Source of the DNA: a bacterium
Lineage (GTDB): Bacteria; Acidobacteriota; Thermoanaerobaculia; Multivoradales; J023
Direction: 5' to 3'
Assembly (NCBI GenBank): GCA_024226315.1
Contig: JAAELT010000366.1
Coordinates: 4,163 to 68,162 of the forward strand
Length of the DNA: 64,000 nt
A program made the position numbers and the translations under genes. A model generated the notes under the pieces. That model was not told the origin of the DNA. It did not search any database and was given only the letters and a program-made list of their open reading frames with translations. Shown piece after piece: positions 9,721 through 17,030 of the stretch (position 1 is the first letter of the stretch; each line of letters begins with the position of its first letter).

Positions 9721-10050
9721 CTACGTCGAGATACGCTGTTGAACCCACCGGTTGAACCCGGCCGGAAGAAGGGAATCCGCAGACAGCTCACCGGGGGTGA
9801 CTACATCCCAATGGCGCAGATCGAGAGCGACATCAGACTTGAGGGCATGCTCGACCCGCAGGGCGAGCTTCCACGCCTCGCCGCTGTCGGTGAAGGTCCT
9901 CTGGTGGACGTATTCTCGGGTGGGCTCGGGATTGCGCTCGAAGTGGCCCTCATCGTTGAGCACGAAGGCTGCGGTTCTAGCGATGACCCGGAAGAGGCCG
10001 CCGACGGGACGGACATCGAGGCGTTGGCGAAGGTGCATGACGGCGTTCAT
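9721..10050 (-). CDS. Hypothetical protein
   Basis: Protein-like 109-aa ORF immediately downstream of repeat copy 2, in backbone orientation. Confidence 0.65.
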   Translation of the reverse strand: MNAVMHLRQRLDVRPVGGLFRVIARTAAFVLNDEGHFERNPEPTREYVHQRTFTDSGEAWKLALRVEHALKSDVALDLRHWDVVTPGELSADSLLPAGFNRWVQQRIST

Positions 10051-10100
10051 TGGCTGGTGAGAGTTGGAGGTGATCGATGACCAGCGGATGCCGGCCGCTG

Positions 10101-10246
10101 TTTCCTGATCCGAGGGATCCGCAGGATCCCTTCAATGGAGACCTCACTCAACTCCTCTGGCGACCACGGCCGCCCGGTGCTCGCCGGGATCGTCGACGTG
10201 CCGCCCGCCACGCGCTCGTCCGCGTGAGCGGGGGCACGCCCAAATG
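10101..10246 (-). repeat. Leading-region repeat copy 2 (internally deleted)
   Basis: Core at 10113-10131 and the terminal gggggcacgcccaaatg are present; the central hairpin block is missing. Confidence 0.88.
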
Positions 10247-10313
10247 CCTTCCATCTTGGGGCCGCCTGGTGTCACTTCCGTTTCCCCGGCCCACCCGCAT
10301 ACGGCCGCCTTTG

Positions 10314-10811
10314 CTACGAAGCGTCCTCCTGGCCTGCGAGAAACGCCACCGTGGATTCTGAAGCAGAAGCACCGAAGGGGGCATAGAGCTCGACCGGGAT
10401 CCCGAGCCGCCCGAGGTGGCGATACAGCAGCGGACCCACCTCGCGCCACCGGAGCTGGCCGTAGCCGCAGCCGAGAGCCGGGACGGCGAGCGATTGCAGA
10501 CCCCAGTCCTCGCAGTGCGCCTCCAGGGCCTCGAGGCCGGCGACGATGTCGGCAAGCCGGGAGGCGTGGCGCCAGTGGCCCTTGGTGGGGAAGTTGAGGA
10601 TCCAAGGCAGCCGCGAGGACTCGAAGACGTACGGCTCGCCGAGACGGACTTCGCGCCTCAGGCATCGCGCCCGGTAGTCCTCGAACATGCCGGGAAACCG
10701 CCGCTTGAACTCGAGCGCGATCCCCTTGCCCATGACGCCCACGCAGTTGACGGCGTTGACGAGCGTCTGCGCGTTCGAATCGAAGAGATTGCCACTTCGC
10801 AGCTTGATCAT
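10314..10811 (-). CDS. Stand-alone DarG-like macrodomain (ADP-ribosyl glycohydrolase)
   Basis: GNLF..AQTLVNAVNCVGVMGKGIALEFK..FP, ILNFPTKGHWR..S, SLAVPALGCG.G.L.W; AGGAGG RBS before ATG 10811. Confidence 0.9.
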   Translation of the reverse strand: MIKLRSGNLFDSNAQTLVNAVNCVGVMGKGIALEFKRRFPGMFEDYRARCLRREVRLGEPYVFESSRLPWILNFPTKGHWRHASRLADIVAGLEALEAHCEDWGLQSLAVPALGCGYGQLRWREVGPLLYRHLGRLGIPVELYAPFGASASESTVAFLAGQEDAS

Positions 10812-10859
10812 GAGTGCCTCCTGATGAGCTCGGATGATCGGCGTGATCGCCCAGGAATG

Positions 10860-10878
10860 AGGGATCCGCAGGATGCCT
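10860..10878 (-). repeat. Leading-region repeat copy 3 (core only, one mismatch)
   Basis: agggatcc-gca-ggatgcct about 50 bp upstream of the macrodomain start. Confidence 0.8.
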
Positions 10879-10893
10879 CTCGCAGCTCGAAGC

Positions 10894-11085
10894 TCACGAC
10901 GCCACCTCGGGAGAAAGCTCCGCGAAGATCTCGTCTTCGCGCCGGCACTCGCCCGGAGTGCAGCCAGCGTCCTCGCAGTCGCCACAGATCGCCCCAGCCG
11001 GTCCGATGGCGATCTCCGGACAGTGCTCACAACAGCACGTCCGGTAGGCCACCACGTCAGGGCTGAGCAGGTATTCAGTGCTCAT
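10894..11085 (-). CDS. Small acidic Cys-rich hypothetical protein
   Basis: 63 aa, CCCEHC..CGDC..C..C; start coupled to the upstream stop (ATGA) with a GAGGTGG RBS. Confidence 0.65.
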   Translation of the reverse strand: MSTEYLLSPDVVAYRTCCCEHCPEIAIGPAGAICGDCEDAGCTPGECRREDEIFAELSPEVAS

Positions 11086-11354
11086 GAGGCCACCTCGCGA
11101 GCGACAACACCGCCTGGGCCTGGGTGACGCTCGTTCCTAGGCCCCAAATCTACCCGCGCAGCGTGCTTTCCAGCACGTCGCAGCAGGCGTGCCGCCTGGC
11201 CGCCGTGGACCGCGATGTGGAAGACGTTCGCGCCTTCGGGGTCGCCGAGATTCATGCGCCGGCAGATCTCCGCCGCATGGCGGGCATGGTCCTCGATAGA
11301 AGCGCCGCTCTCGAGCTCGACGTCGATCGAGAAGAAGACGGTGTAGGTGCTCAT
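11082..11354 (-). CDS. Hypothetical protein
   Basis: 90-aa ORF directly downstream of repeat copy 4, with GAGGAG upstream. Confidence 0.65.
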   Translation of the reverse strand: MSTYTVFFSIDVELESGASIEDHARHAAEICRRMNLGDPEGANVFHIAVHGGQAARLLRRAGKHAARVDLGPRNERHPGPGGVVAREVAS

Positions 11355-11389
11355 CGGTCTCTGAAGCTCCTCTAATCTGGGTTCCTCTC

Positions 11390-11600
11390 CTCATCCGAGG
11401 GATCCGCAGGATCCCTTCATCCAACCGCCTCTCCGCTCCTCTGGCGACGCTTACCGTTCGGCGCTCGTCGATCGCCGCCGGCGTCCCACCTGGCTCGCGC
11501 TCGTGCGCGTGAGGGAGCGCAGCGGAATCCCCGCAGGCCGCGTAGCGGCCGAGGAGATGCAGCGGAGAGCCCGACCCCCGAAGGGGGGCACGCCCAAATG
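11390..11600 (-). repeat. Leading-region repeat copy 4 (full)
   Basis: Core at 11398-11416; distal gaggagatgcagcggagagcccgacccccgaaggggggcacgcccaaatg. Confidence 0.9.
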
Positions 11601-11731
11601 TCTTCATTCCGCGTGTCGCGTCCTGACGACCACCACCACCTCGCGCTCATCGATCACCGCCGACGTCCCCATCCGTCCCGCACCGCGGCGACACTTCAGC
11701 AAAGCGTAGTAAGTGGTAGCTTTGCCTTCGA

Positions 11732-12490
11732 GTGATGGACATCAGTACTTGGCGACGAGAGCATCGCGGACCTTTCCGCTCCCACCAGCTGGGCGACGGG
11801 GAGGGCTACGAGCTCACCAACGGCCATCCCGTGCCGTGCCTTCCCCCCACCCCCTTCAAAGCCGGACTTCGGCTTTCAGTGGCTCAGATGCTCGGCGCCG
11901 ATCCTGCTGTCGAGTGGGCCGCGACAGGATTGGGTTTCTCGCCGGATCCAATGACGCTGCGCGCACCTGACATCATGGTCTGGATCCGCGCCCAAAGTCC
12001 CGGCGCGCCCGAGCCGCCGGCTCTCTCGAAAAAAGACCGTCTGCGGATCTCGACGGCCTTGCTCCTGAACACGGATCCGGCGGTGGAGTGGGCCGGCACA
12101 GCCGCGGAGCTCACCGCTGGCCCGAGAGCTCTCACGCAGGATGACTCGGGCAAACCGGACTGGATTACCCAACCGCCGCTGATGGCTGTCGAGTTGGTTG
12201 AGGAGGGTCGTGACGAAGGCGATCTCGAACAGAAGATCCACGAACTGATCGAGGGTGGCGTCCGCGCCCTGTGGGTGGCGCGTTACGCTGGGCCGCGCCG
12301 GGTGGAGGTTCACGCTCCAGGCCAATCGCCCCGCAGCGTGGCCGTCGAGCGAAACTTGACCGCCTCGGGGATCCTCAGTTGCCCCATTCCGGCGCTGGCC
12401 TTCTTCGACCGCAACGTAGCTCTCGAGCAGGTTCTTCGCCGTGAGCTCGAGATTCGTGGTGAAGGCGACAGCCGAGCAGTCGACGCTTGA
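11732..12490 (+). CDS. Uma2-family endonuclease
   Basis: YELTNGHPV, LRAPDI, PPLMAVE, LEQKIHELIEGGVRALWV; carries an internal duplication. Confidence 0.85.
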   Translation: MMDISTWRREHRGPFRSHQLGDGEGYELTNGHPVPCLPPTPFKAGLRLSVAQMLGADPAVEWAATGLGFSPDPMTLRAPDIMVWIRAQSPGAPEPPALSKKDRLRISTALLLNTDPAVEWAGTAAELTAGPRALTQDDSGKPDWITQPPLMAVELVEEGRDEGDLEQKIHELIEGGVRALWVARYAGPRRVEVHAPGQSPRSVAVERNLTASGILSCPIPALAFFDRNVALEQVLRRELEIRGEGDSRAVDA

Positions 12491-12614
12491 GGAGGTTCAT
12501 TCTCCGACCGGTCTCGTGACCACGACCACCAGGCCCTCGTCAACAGAGAAGGGCATCGAGCGCCGCAGGAGCGGCCAGCTCGGTGAGGCCGCTCCCGGCG
12601 TCAAGGCGAGGTGA

Positions 12615-12866
12615 TCACGCAGCTCCCGCGTGGGCGCGGCTCAGCTTGGCATGAAGCGCATCAGGAGCCAGGTCGGCGCCGTTGGGCCAGCAGATCGCGC
12701 CGAACTCGTCGATCGCCACCTGGGAGAACAGATCCTCGTCCTTCAAAGGCTCGAAGACCGGACCGAAGAGGCGATCCTCGAGATTGACCTCGCCGCGGAC
12801 GCCGCCTGAAAACTCGACCCGGAGGCTGTAGTGGGGAAGCGGCTCGACTCGGGTGGCCCTGGCCAT
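12615..12866 (-). CDS. DUF2442 protein
   Basis: VEPLPHYSLRVEFS.G..G.V, FEPLKD..LF..V, ICWPNGADLAPD.L. Confidence 0.85.
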   Translation of the reverse strand: MARATRVEPLPHYSLRVEFSGGVRGEVNLEDRLFGPVFEPLKDEDLFSQVAIDEFGAICWPNGADLAPDALHAKLSRAHAGAA

Positions 12867-12876
12867 TCGCGTGCGA

Positions 12877-13113
12877 TCAGAGGCGATCCCGCTCCTCGGG
12901 CTCCACATCTGGCGCCTTCGCCAAGACGGCTAGGAGCTTCTCGCGGCTGCCGCGCTCGGCCCGTTCCTGAAGGTAGTCGACGGTCTTGAGCGTGGCGACC
13001 TTCTCGGCAACGGCCGTCGCAATGAACTGGTCCATCGAGACGCCCTCCTGGGTGGCGACGGCGGCCGCCTGCTCGCGGAGTGACTCGGAAAGATGGACGC
13101 TTACTTTGCTCAT
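12877..13113 (-). CDS. Ribbon-helix-helix (HicB-like) antitoxin
   Basis: VSVHLSESLREQAAAVATQEGVSMDQFIATAVAEK; overlaps the PIN gene stop. Confidence 0.85.
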   Translation of the reverse strand: MSKVSVHLSESLREQAAAVATQEGVSMDQFIATAVAEKVATLKTVDYLQERAERGSREKLLAVLAKAPDVEPEERDRL

Positions 13114-13544
13114 GGGATGACTCCTATCTCTTGGAGGAGCTTCTTGGGTGTGACGACGGCGATTCCGAACTTCTCCGATCCTCCGAAGTCTTTCCGATTG
13201 TACGTCACGATGTGGCTGCACTGCGCCTTGACGGCCAATTCCAGGATGAGCTCGTCCTTGGGATCCCGGAGGTACGGTCGCCAGAGGAAGAAGATCTCGT
13301 GTTGTGAGGCGAGAGCGCACAGAGCGTCGACCAAGTCACCCACGTCCTCAGGAGTCAGACCGATTTGCTCGTGCTGCCGCAGTAGGACATCTTCGTACTC
13401 GAGCACGAGGGGGACCGAGATGTGGACCTCGAAGAGGCCCGTGCCGGCGAGGGAAACGAGCTTCGATGCAGCGCCGCGCTGGGAGCGCTGCGCCGAGACG
13501 AAAACGTTGGTGTCTATGACGATCTGAGGTGGTGAATTTGGCAT
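13110..13544 (-). CDS. PIN-domain (VapC-like) toxin
   Basis: IVIDTNV, EYE.VL, LRDPKDELILELA, IVTYN.KDF. Confidence 0.93.
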   Translation of the reverse strand: MPNSPPQIVIDTNVFVSAQRSQRGAASKLVSLAGTGLFEVHISVPLVLEYEDVLLRQHEQIGLTPEDVGDLVDALCALASQHEIFFLWRPYLRDPKDELILELAVKAQCSHIVTYNRKDFGGSEKFGIAVVTPKKLLQEIGVIP

Positions 13545-13607
13545 CGGCCTTCCGTCGCCGAGCAGTGTAGCTCAGGATCTGCCTGAGCTCTGAGTGTCCC
13601 CGTTCGA

Positions 13608-13818
13608 GATCCAAGGGATCCGCAGGATCCCTTCACATCGACCGGTCTCCACTCCTCCGGCGACCACCGCCACCTGGCGCTCGTCGATCACCGCCGGGCG
13701 TCCTCGCCCCGCCCGGCGCTCGCCTAGCGTCAGGGATCAAAGCGGAACACCCGCAGGGAACGTAGCGAGCGAGGAGATGAAGCGGCGAGCCCGACCCCGC
13801 GCCAGCGGGGGACGCCCA
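13608..13818 (-). repeat. Leading-region repeat copy 5 (full), upstream of the PIN TA operon
   Basis: Core at 13614-13632; same middle and distal blocks as copies 1 and 4. Confidence 0.9.
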
Positions 13819-13869
13819 GAGATTCCGCCTCCTCCCCGCCGCCCAAGCCCTCCAACCAGGAGAGCAAAG

Positions 13870-14166
13870 CTAGTTGACGTCGAGCGGTTCCACCGTTCCG
13901 TCGCTCCGTAGCAAGAAGTTTCCTGACCGCCCTTTGACCTCGATCTCCGGTAAGCAGTTGCAGACTCCCGTCTCGGCCATGAGAGCGCACCATTCAGGGT
14001 GCCAGGACATCACGACCGTGATTTCCTCATCCTTGAGTAGCTCAGAGTCGATCGCGTCCAACAGAAGCCACTTGTCGTGTCCGATGCGTCGCCTGCACTC
14101 CTCATCACTCGGCGCCTCGACCTCGCCCTGCCACCTCGGATCCAGCTCCCACGGCCAGCGCTTCAT
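13870..14166 (-). CDS. Hypothetical protein (H..WC...CNC.P possible metal-binding motif)
   Basis: 98 aa starting MKRWPWELDP; ATG overlaps the stop of the upstream BID-like gene. Confidence 0.7.
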   Translation of the reverse strand: MKRWPWELDPRWQGEVEAPSDEECRRRIGHDKWLLLDAIDSELLKDEEITVVMSWHPEWCALMAETGVCNCLPEIEVKGRSGNFLLRSDGTVEPLDVN

Positions 14167-15497
14167 ACCGCCACACTCCTTCCCGCCGACTCTACCAGCC
14201 TGCGCGCCACCGCCACCGCTGCCAGAGCCCCCTGCATCTGCGGAGGCGTCAAACGCCGCAGAATATGCCCAGGCGCATACTGAAACAGAGCCGCCACCCG
14301 CTGAGCCTCCGCCCGCACCGCCGACTTCGCCAGCGCCCGGGCATCGAGCCCGGCAAACTTCCCCGCCGCCGCCCGCAACGGCTCGAGGAACCGCTGCTCC
14401 GCGTCCCTGAGCTCCTCGACCATCTTCCTCCGGCCCGGCTGCAGCAGCGGCCGTACCTCGTCCAACCCGAGACCCTCCATGTGCCGCCCGAGATCCGCGA
14501 GAAGCCTCTCCCGGCTCGGATACGCCGCCTGCAGCTCGCGATTGCGAGCCTGCAGCCGTTGGAGCCGGCGCGCCCCCTCGAGCTCGCCGAGGATGCTCTC
14601 CCGCCGATCGAGCGCGGTCGAAGCAAGACCTGAGTTGTGCCAGGCCAGATCGAGCGCCCGCTTGCGCTGCGGCGTATTCCCGAGCCAAGGCAGGCGCCGC
14701 CCCCGCAGCTCGCCGAAGGCAGCGGGACCCTCGCCGAAACGCTCGATCGTCGCCCGCCTCCCTTGCCGACGGATGCTCGCCTCGAACGCCTCGATCGCAG
14801 ACCCCGGATCGCGGTAGATCCGATGGATCGACTCGTAGAGCTCGGCCCGCACCTCCGGGATCTTCTCGAGCCTCGCCTGCAGCTCGTAGACGTTGCCGCC
14901 GAATGCCATGTGTTGTCGCAGCCCGACCAGACGGCGACCTTCAGCATCGAGCTGGTCGAGGCGGCGCACCGCGGCGAGATCCTGGCCGAATCGCTGCAAC
15001 TGAGTTGGCCGCGGACCCGTGGCGCGCGTAGCGAGACGCCGGGCGATCTCTGGCAACCGTCGCTCGATCTGATCGAGTTCTGGCGTGGGAGCCGTGAAGA
15101 AGTCCTTGCGGGCCGAGAGCTGCCGCCGGGCAATCGGCATCGCGCTGTCGATGGCCGCCCTGGGATCTGGAGGCTCGAGCTCACGAGCGAGATCGAGGAT
15201 CCTGCGCTCGAGGTGCCGCTCCCGGACGCGGACTGGCTCCGGGGAGTCGGTGAGCTCGAGAGGAAGCTGCGCACGACGGAGCAGCCGCTCGCCGAGCTCG
15301 TTCAGGGTCAGATCGCTCCTCGCGGCGAGGATCGCGGCCTCGGGTGAGTCGGGCCGCAGACGCTCGGCAGTCCTCTGGATCCGCGTCTCGAGTGCCTGAA
15401 GCTGTTCCAGGTTCCCGGTGTGCCACTCGTGAAGATAGCTCTGCTCCAGCAGATCGGTCCGCAGCTGCGCTTCGAGCTCGCTTCGGTCCGCACTCAT
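14163..15497 (-). CDS. BID-like-domain protein 1, homologous to the relaxase C-terminus (putative T4SS substrate)
   Basis: IYRDPGSA...GPAAFGELRGRRLPWLGNTPQRKRA and ILRRLTPPQ align with the relaxase's IYRDPAAA...TPESFGRLNGRRVL..PTRARIEA and LLRRLTPPQ. Confidence 0.8.
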   Translation of the reverse strand: MSADRSELEAQLRTDLLEQSYLHEWHTGNLEQLQALETRIQRTAERLRPDSPEAAILAARSDLTLNELGERLLRRAQLPLELTDSPEPVRVRERHLERRILDLARELEPPDPRAAIDSAMPIARRQLSARKDFFTAPTPELDQIERRLPEIARRLATRATGPRPTQLQRFGQDLAAVRRLDQLDAEGRRLVGLRQHMAFGGNVYELQARLEKIPEVRAELYESIHRIYRDPGSAIEAFEASIRRQGRRATIERFGEGPAAFGELRGRRLPWLGNTPQRKRALDLAWHNSGLASTALDRRESILGELEGARRLQRLQARNRELQAAYPSRERLLADLGRHMEGLGLDEVRPLLQPGRRKMVEELRDAEQRFLEPLRAAAGKFAGLDARALAKSAVRAEAQRVAALFQYAPGHILRRLTPPQMQGALAAVAVARRLVESAGRSVAV

Positions 15498-15507
15498 TCA
15501 CCTGACC

Positions 15508-16872
15508 TCACACCGCCGCACTCCTCGCTACCGACGCCACGGCCCTGCGCGCCACCGCCACCGCCGCCAGAGCCCCCTGCATCTGAGGTGGAGTCAGACG
15601 CCGCAGGATATGCCGCGGCGCGTACGCAGCAGCCGTCCAACTCCTTCCTGCCGAATCAGGCTGAAACAGCGCCGCGACTCTCTGAGCCTCAGCCCGAACC
15701 GCCGGCTCCACCAGCCCCCGGGCATCGAGCTCGGTAAACTTCCCCGCAGCCGCCCGCAACGGCTCGAGAAACCGCCGCTCGGCCTGCCGCAGCTCCCCAA
15801 CAAGCTTCGCTTGGCCCGGCTGCAGCAGCGGCCGCACCTCGTCCATCCCGAGACCTTCCATATGACGCCCGAGATCCGCGAGAAGCCTCTCGCGACTCGG
15901 AAACGCCGCCTGAAGCTTGCGATTTCGAGATTGCCGCCGCTGGAGCCGGCGTGCCGCCGCCAGCTCGGCGTTCATACCCTCCCGGCGCGTGAGCGCCTTC
16001 GAAGCGAAGCCCCAGTTGTGCCAGACCAGATCGAGAGCCCGCTTGCGCTGCGGCGTATTCCCGAGCCAGCCCAGGTGCCGCCCCCGCAGCTCGCCGAAGG
16101 CCCCGGGATTCCCGCCGAAACGCTCGATCGTCGCCCGCCTCCCCTGCCGACGGATGCTCGCCTCGAACGCCTCGATCGCAGACCCCGGATCGCGGTAGAT
16201 CTCATGGACCGACTCGTAGAGCTCGGCCCGCACCTCCGGGATCTTCTCGAGCCTCGCCTGCAGCTCGTAGACGTTGCCAGCGGCGACCAGGTGCTGGCGC
16301 AGCTCCACGAGCCGGCGACCCTTGATGTCGAGAAGCTGGAGGCGACGGAGATCCGAGAGCACCTCGCGGACACGCTCGCGGCGATCCGGCCGTGGCTCGC
16401 GGGCGAGACGCCCGAGGCTGGGCGCGATCTCGTCGAGGCGCTGTGAGACCTCATCGAGGTGCGGAGCCGGTCCGGCAAAGCGCGACCGCTGATCCTCGAT
16501 ATGCCGGTCGGCAACAGGCCTTGCCTCAGCTACAGCCAACCACGGATCTGAAGGCTGGAGCTCGCGCGCGAGATCGAGGATCCTGTTCTCGAGATGCCGC
16601 ACCTGCACCTGCACTACCTCCGGCGCGCGAGCAGCATCCAACGGAAACTCCGTACGCCTGAGAAGACGCACGGCGAGCTCGTCCAGGCTCAGCTCGCGCC
16701 GCGCGGCACGGATCGCAACCTCCGGCGCATCGGGCCGCAACCGCCTGGCCGTCTCCTGGATCCGCGCCTCGAGCTCCTGGAGCCGCTCGACGTTCGCGGA
16801 GACCGACAGCCTGTCCTGGCTCGCGAGATCCCTCAGCAGCTCGATCTCGCGCCGAGCATCGCTGAATCCCAC
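15508..16872 (-). CDS. BID-like-domain protein 2 (paralogue)
   Basis: Full-length similarity to 14163-15497. Start uncertain: GTG 16872 chosen because TTG 16905 lies inside a repeat. Confidence 0.78.
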   Translation of the reverse strand: MGFSDARREIELLRDLASQDRLSVSANVERLQELEARIQETARRLRPDAPEVAIRAARRELSLDELAVRLLRRTEFPLDAARAPEVVQVQVRHLENRILDLARELQPSDPWLAVAEARPVADRHIEDQRSRFAGPAPHLDEVSQRLDEIAPSLGRLAREPRPDRRERVREVLSDLRRLQLLDIKGRRLVELRQHLVAAGNVYELQARLEKIPEVRAELYESVHEIYRDPGSAIEAFEASIRRQGRRATIERFGGNPGAFGELRGRHLGWLGNTPQRKRALDLVWHNWGFASKALTRREGMNAELAAARRLQRRQSRNRKLQAAFPSRERLLADLGRHMEGLGMDEVRPLLQPGQAKLVGELRQAERRFLEPLRAAAGKFTELDARGLVEPAVRAEAQRVAALFQPDSAGRSWTAAAYAPRHILRRLTPPQMQGALAAVAVARRAVASVARSAAV

Positions 16873-16890
16873 GCCGCCCCGCGCTCGGGA

Positions 16891-16985
16891 AGCGTCAGGG
16901 ATCAAAGCGGAACCCCCGCAGGGAGCGTAGCGAGCGAGGAGATGTAGCGGCGAGCCCGACCCCGCGCCAGCGGGGTGACGCCCAA
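16891..16985 (-). repeat. Leading-region repeat copy 6 (distal half)
   Basis: agcgtcagggatcaaagcggaac..cgcaggga.cgtagcgagcgaggagatg.agcggcgagcccgaccccgcgccagcgggg, near-identical to ~13726-13818. Confidence 0.88.
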
Positions 16986-17030
16986 GTCTTCCGAATTCCG
17001 CTCTGCCTCTTCATCCCCGTTCTCCCGCTC

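Noticed and set aside
9301-13818. CRISPR array suggested by the recurring palindrome
   Set aside because: Spacing is irregular (0.5-2.2 kb), the intervals contain genes, and there are no cas genes.
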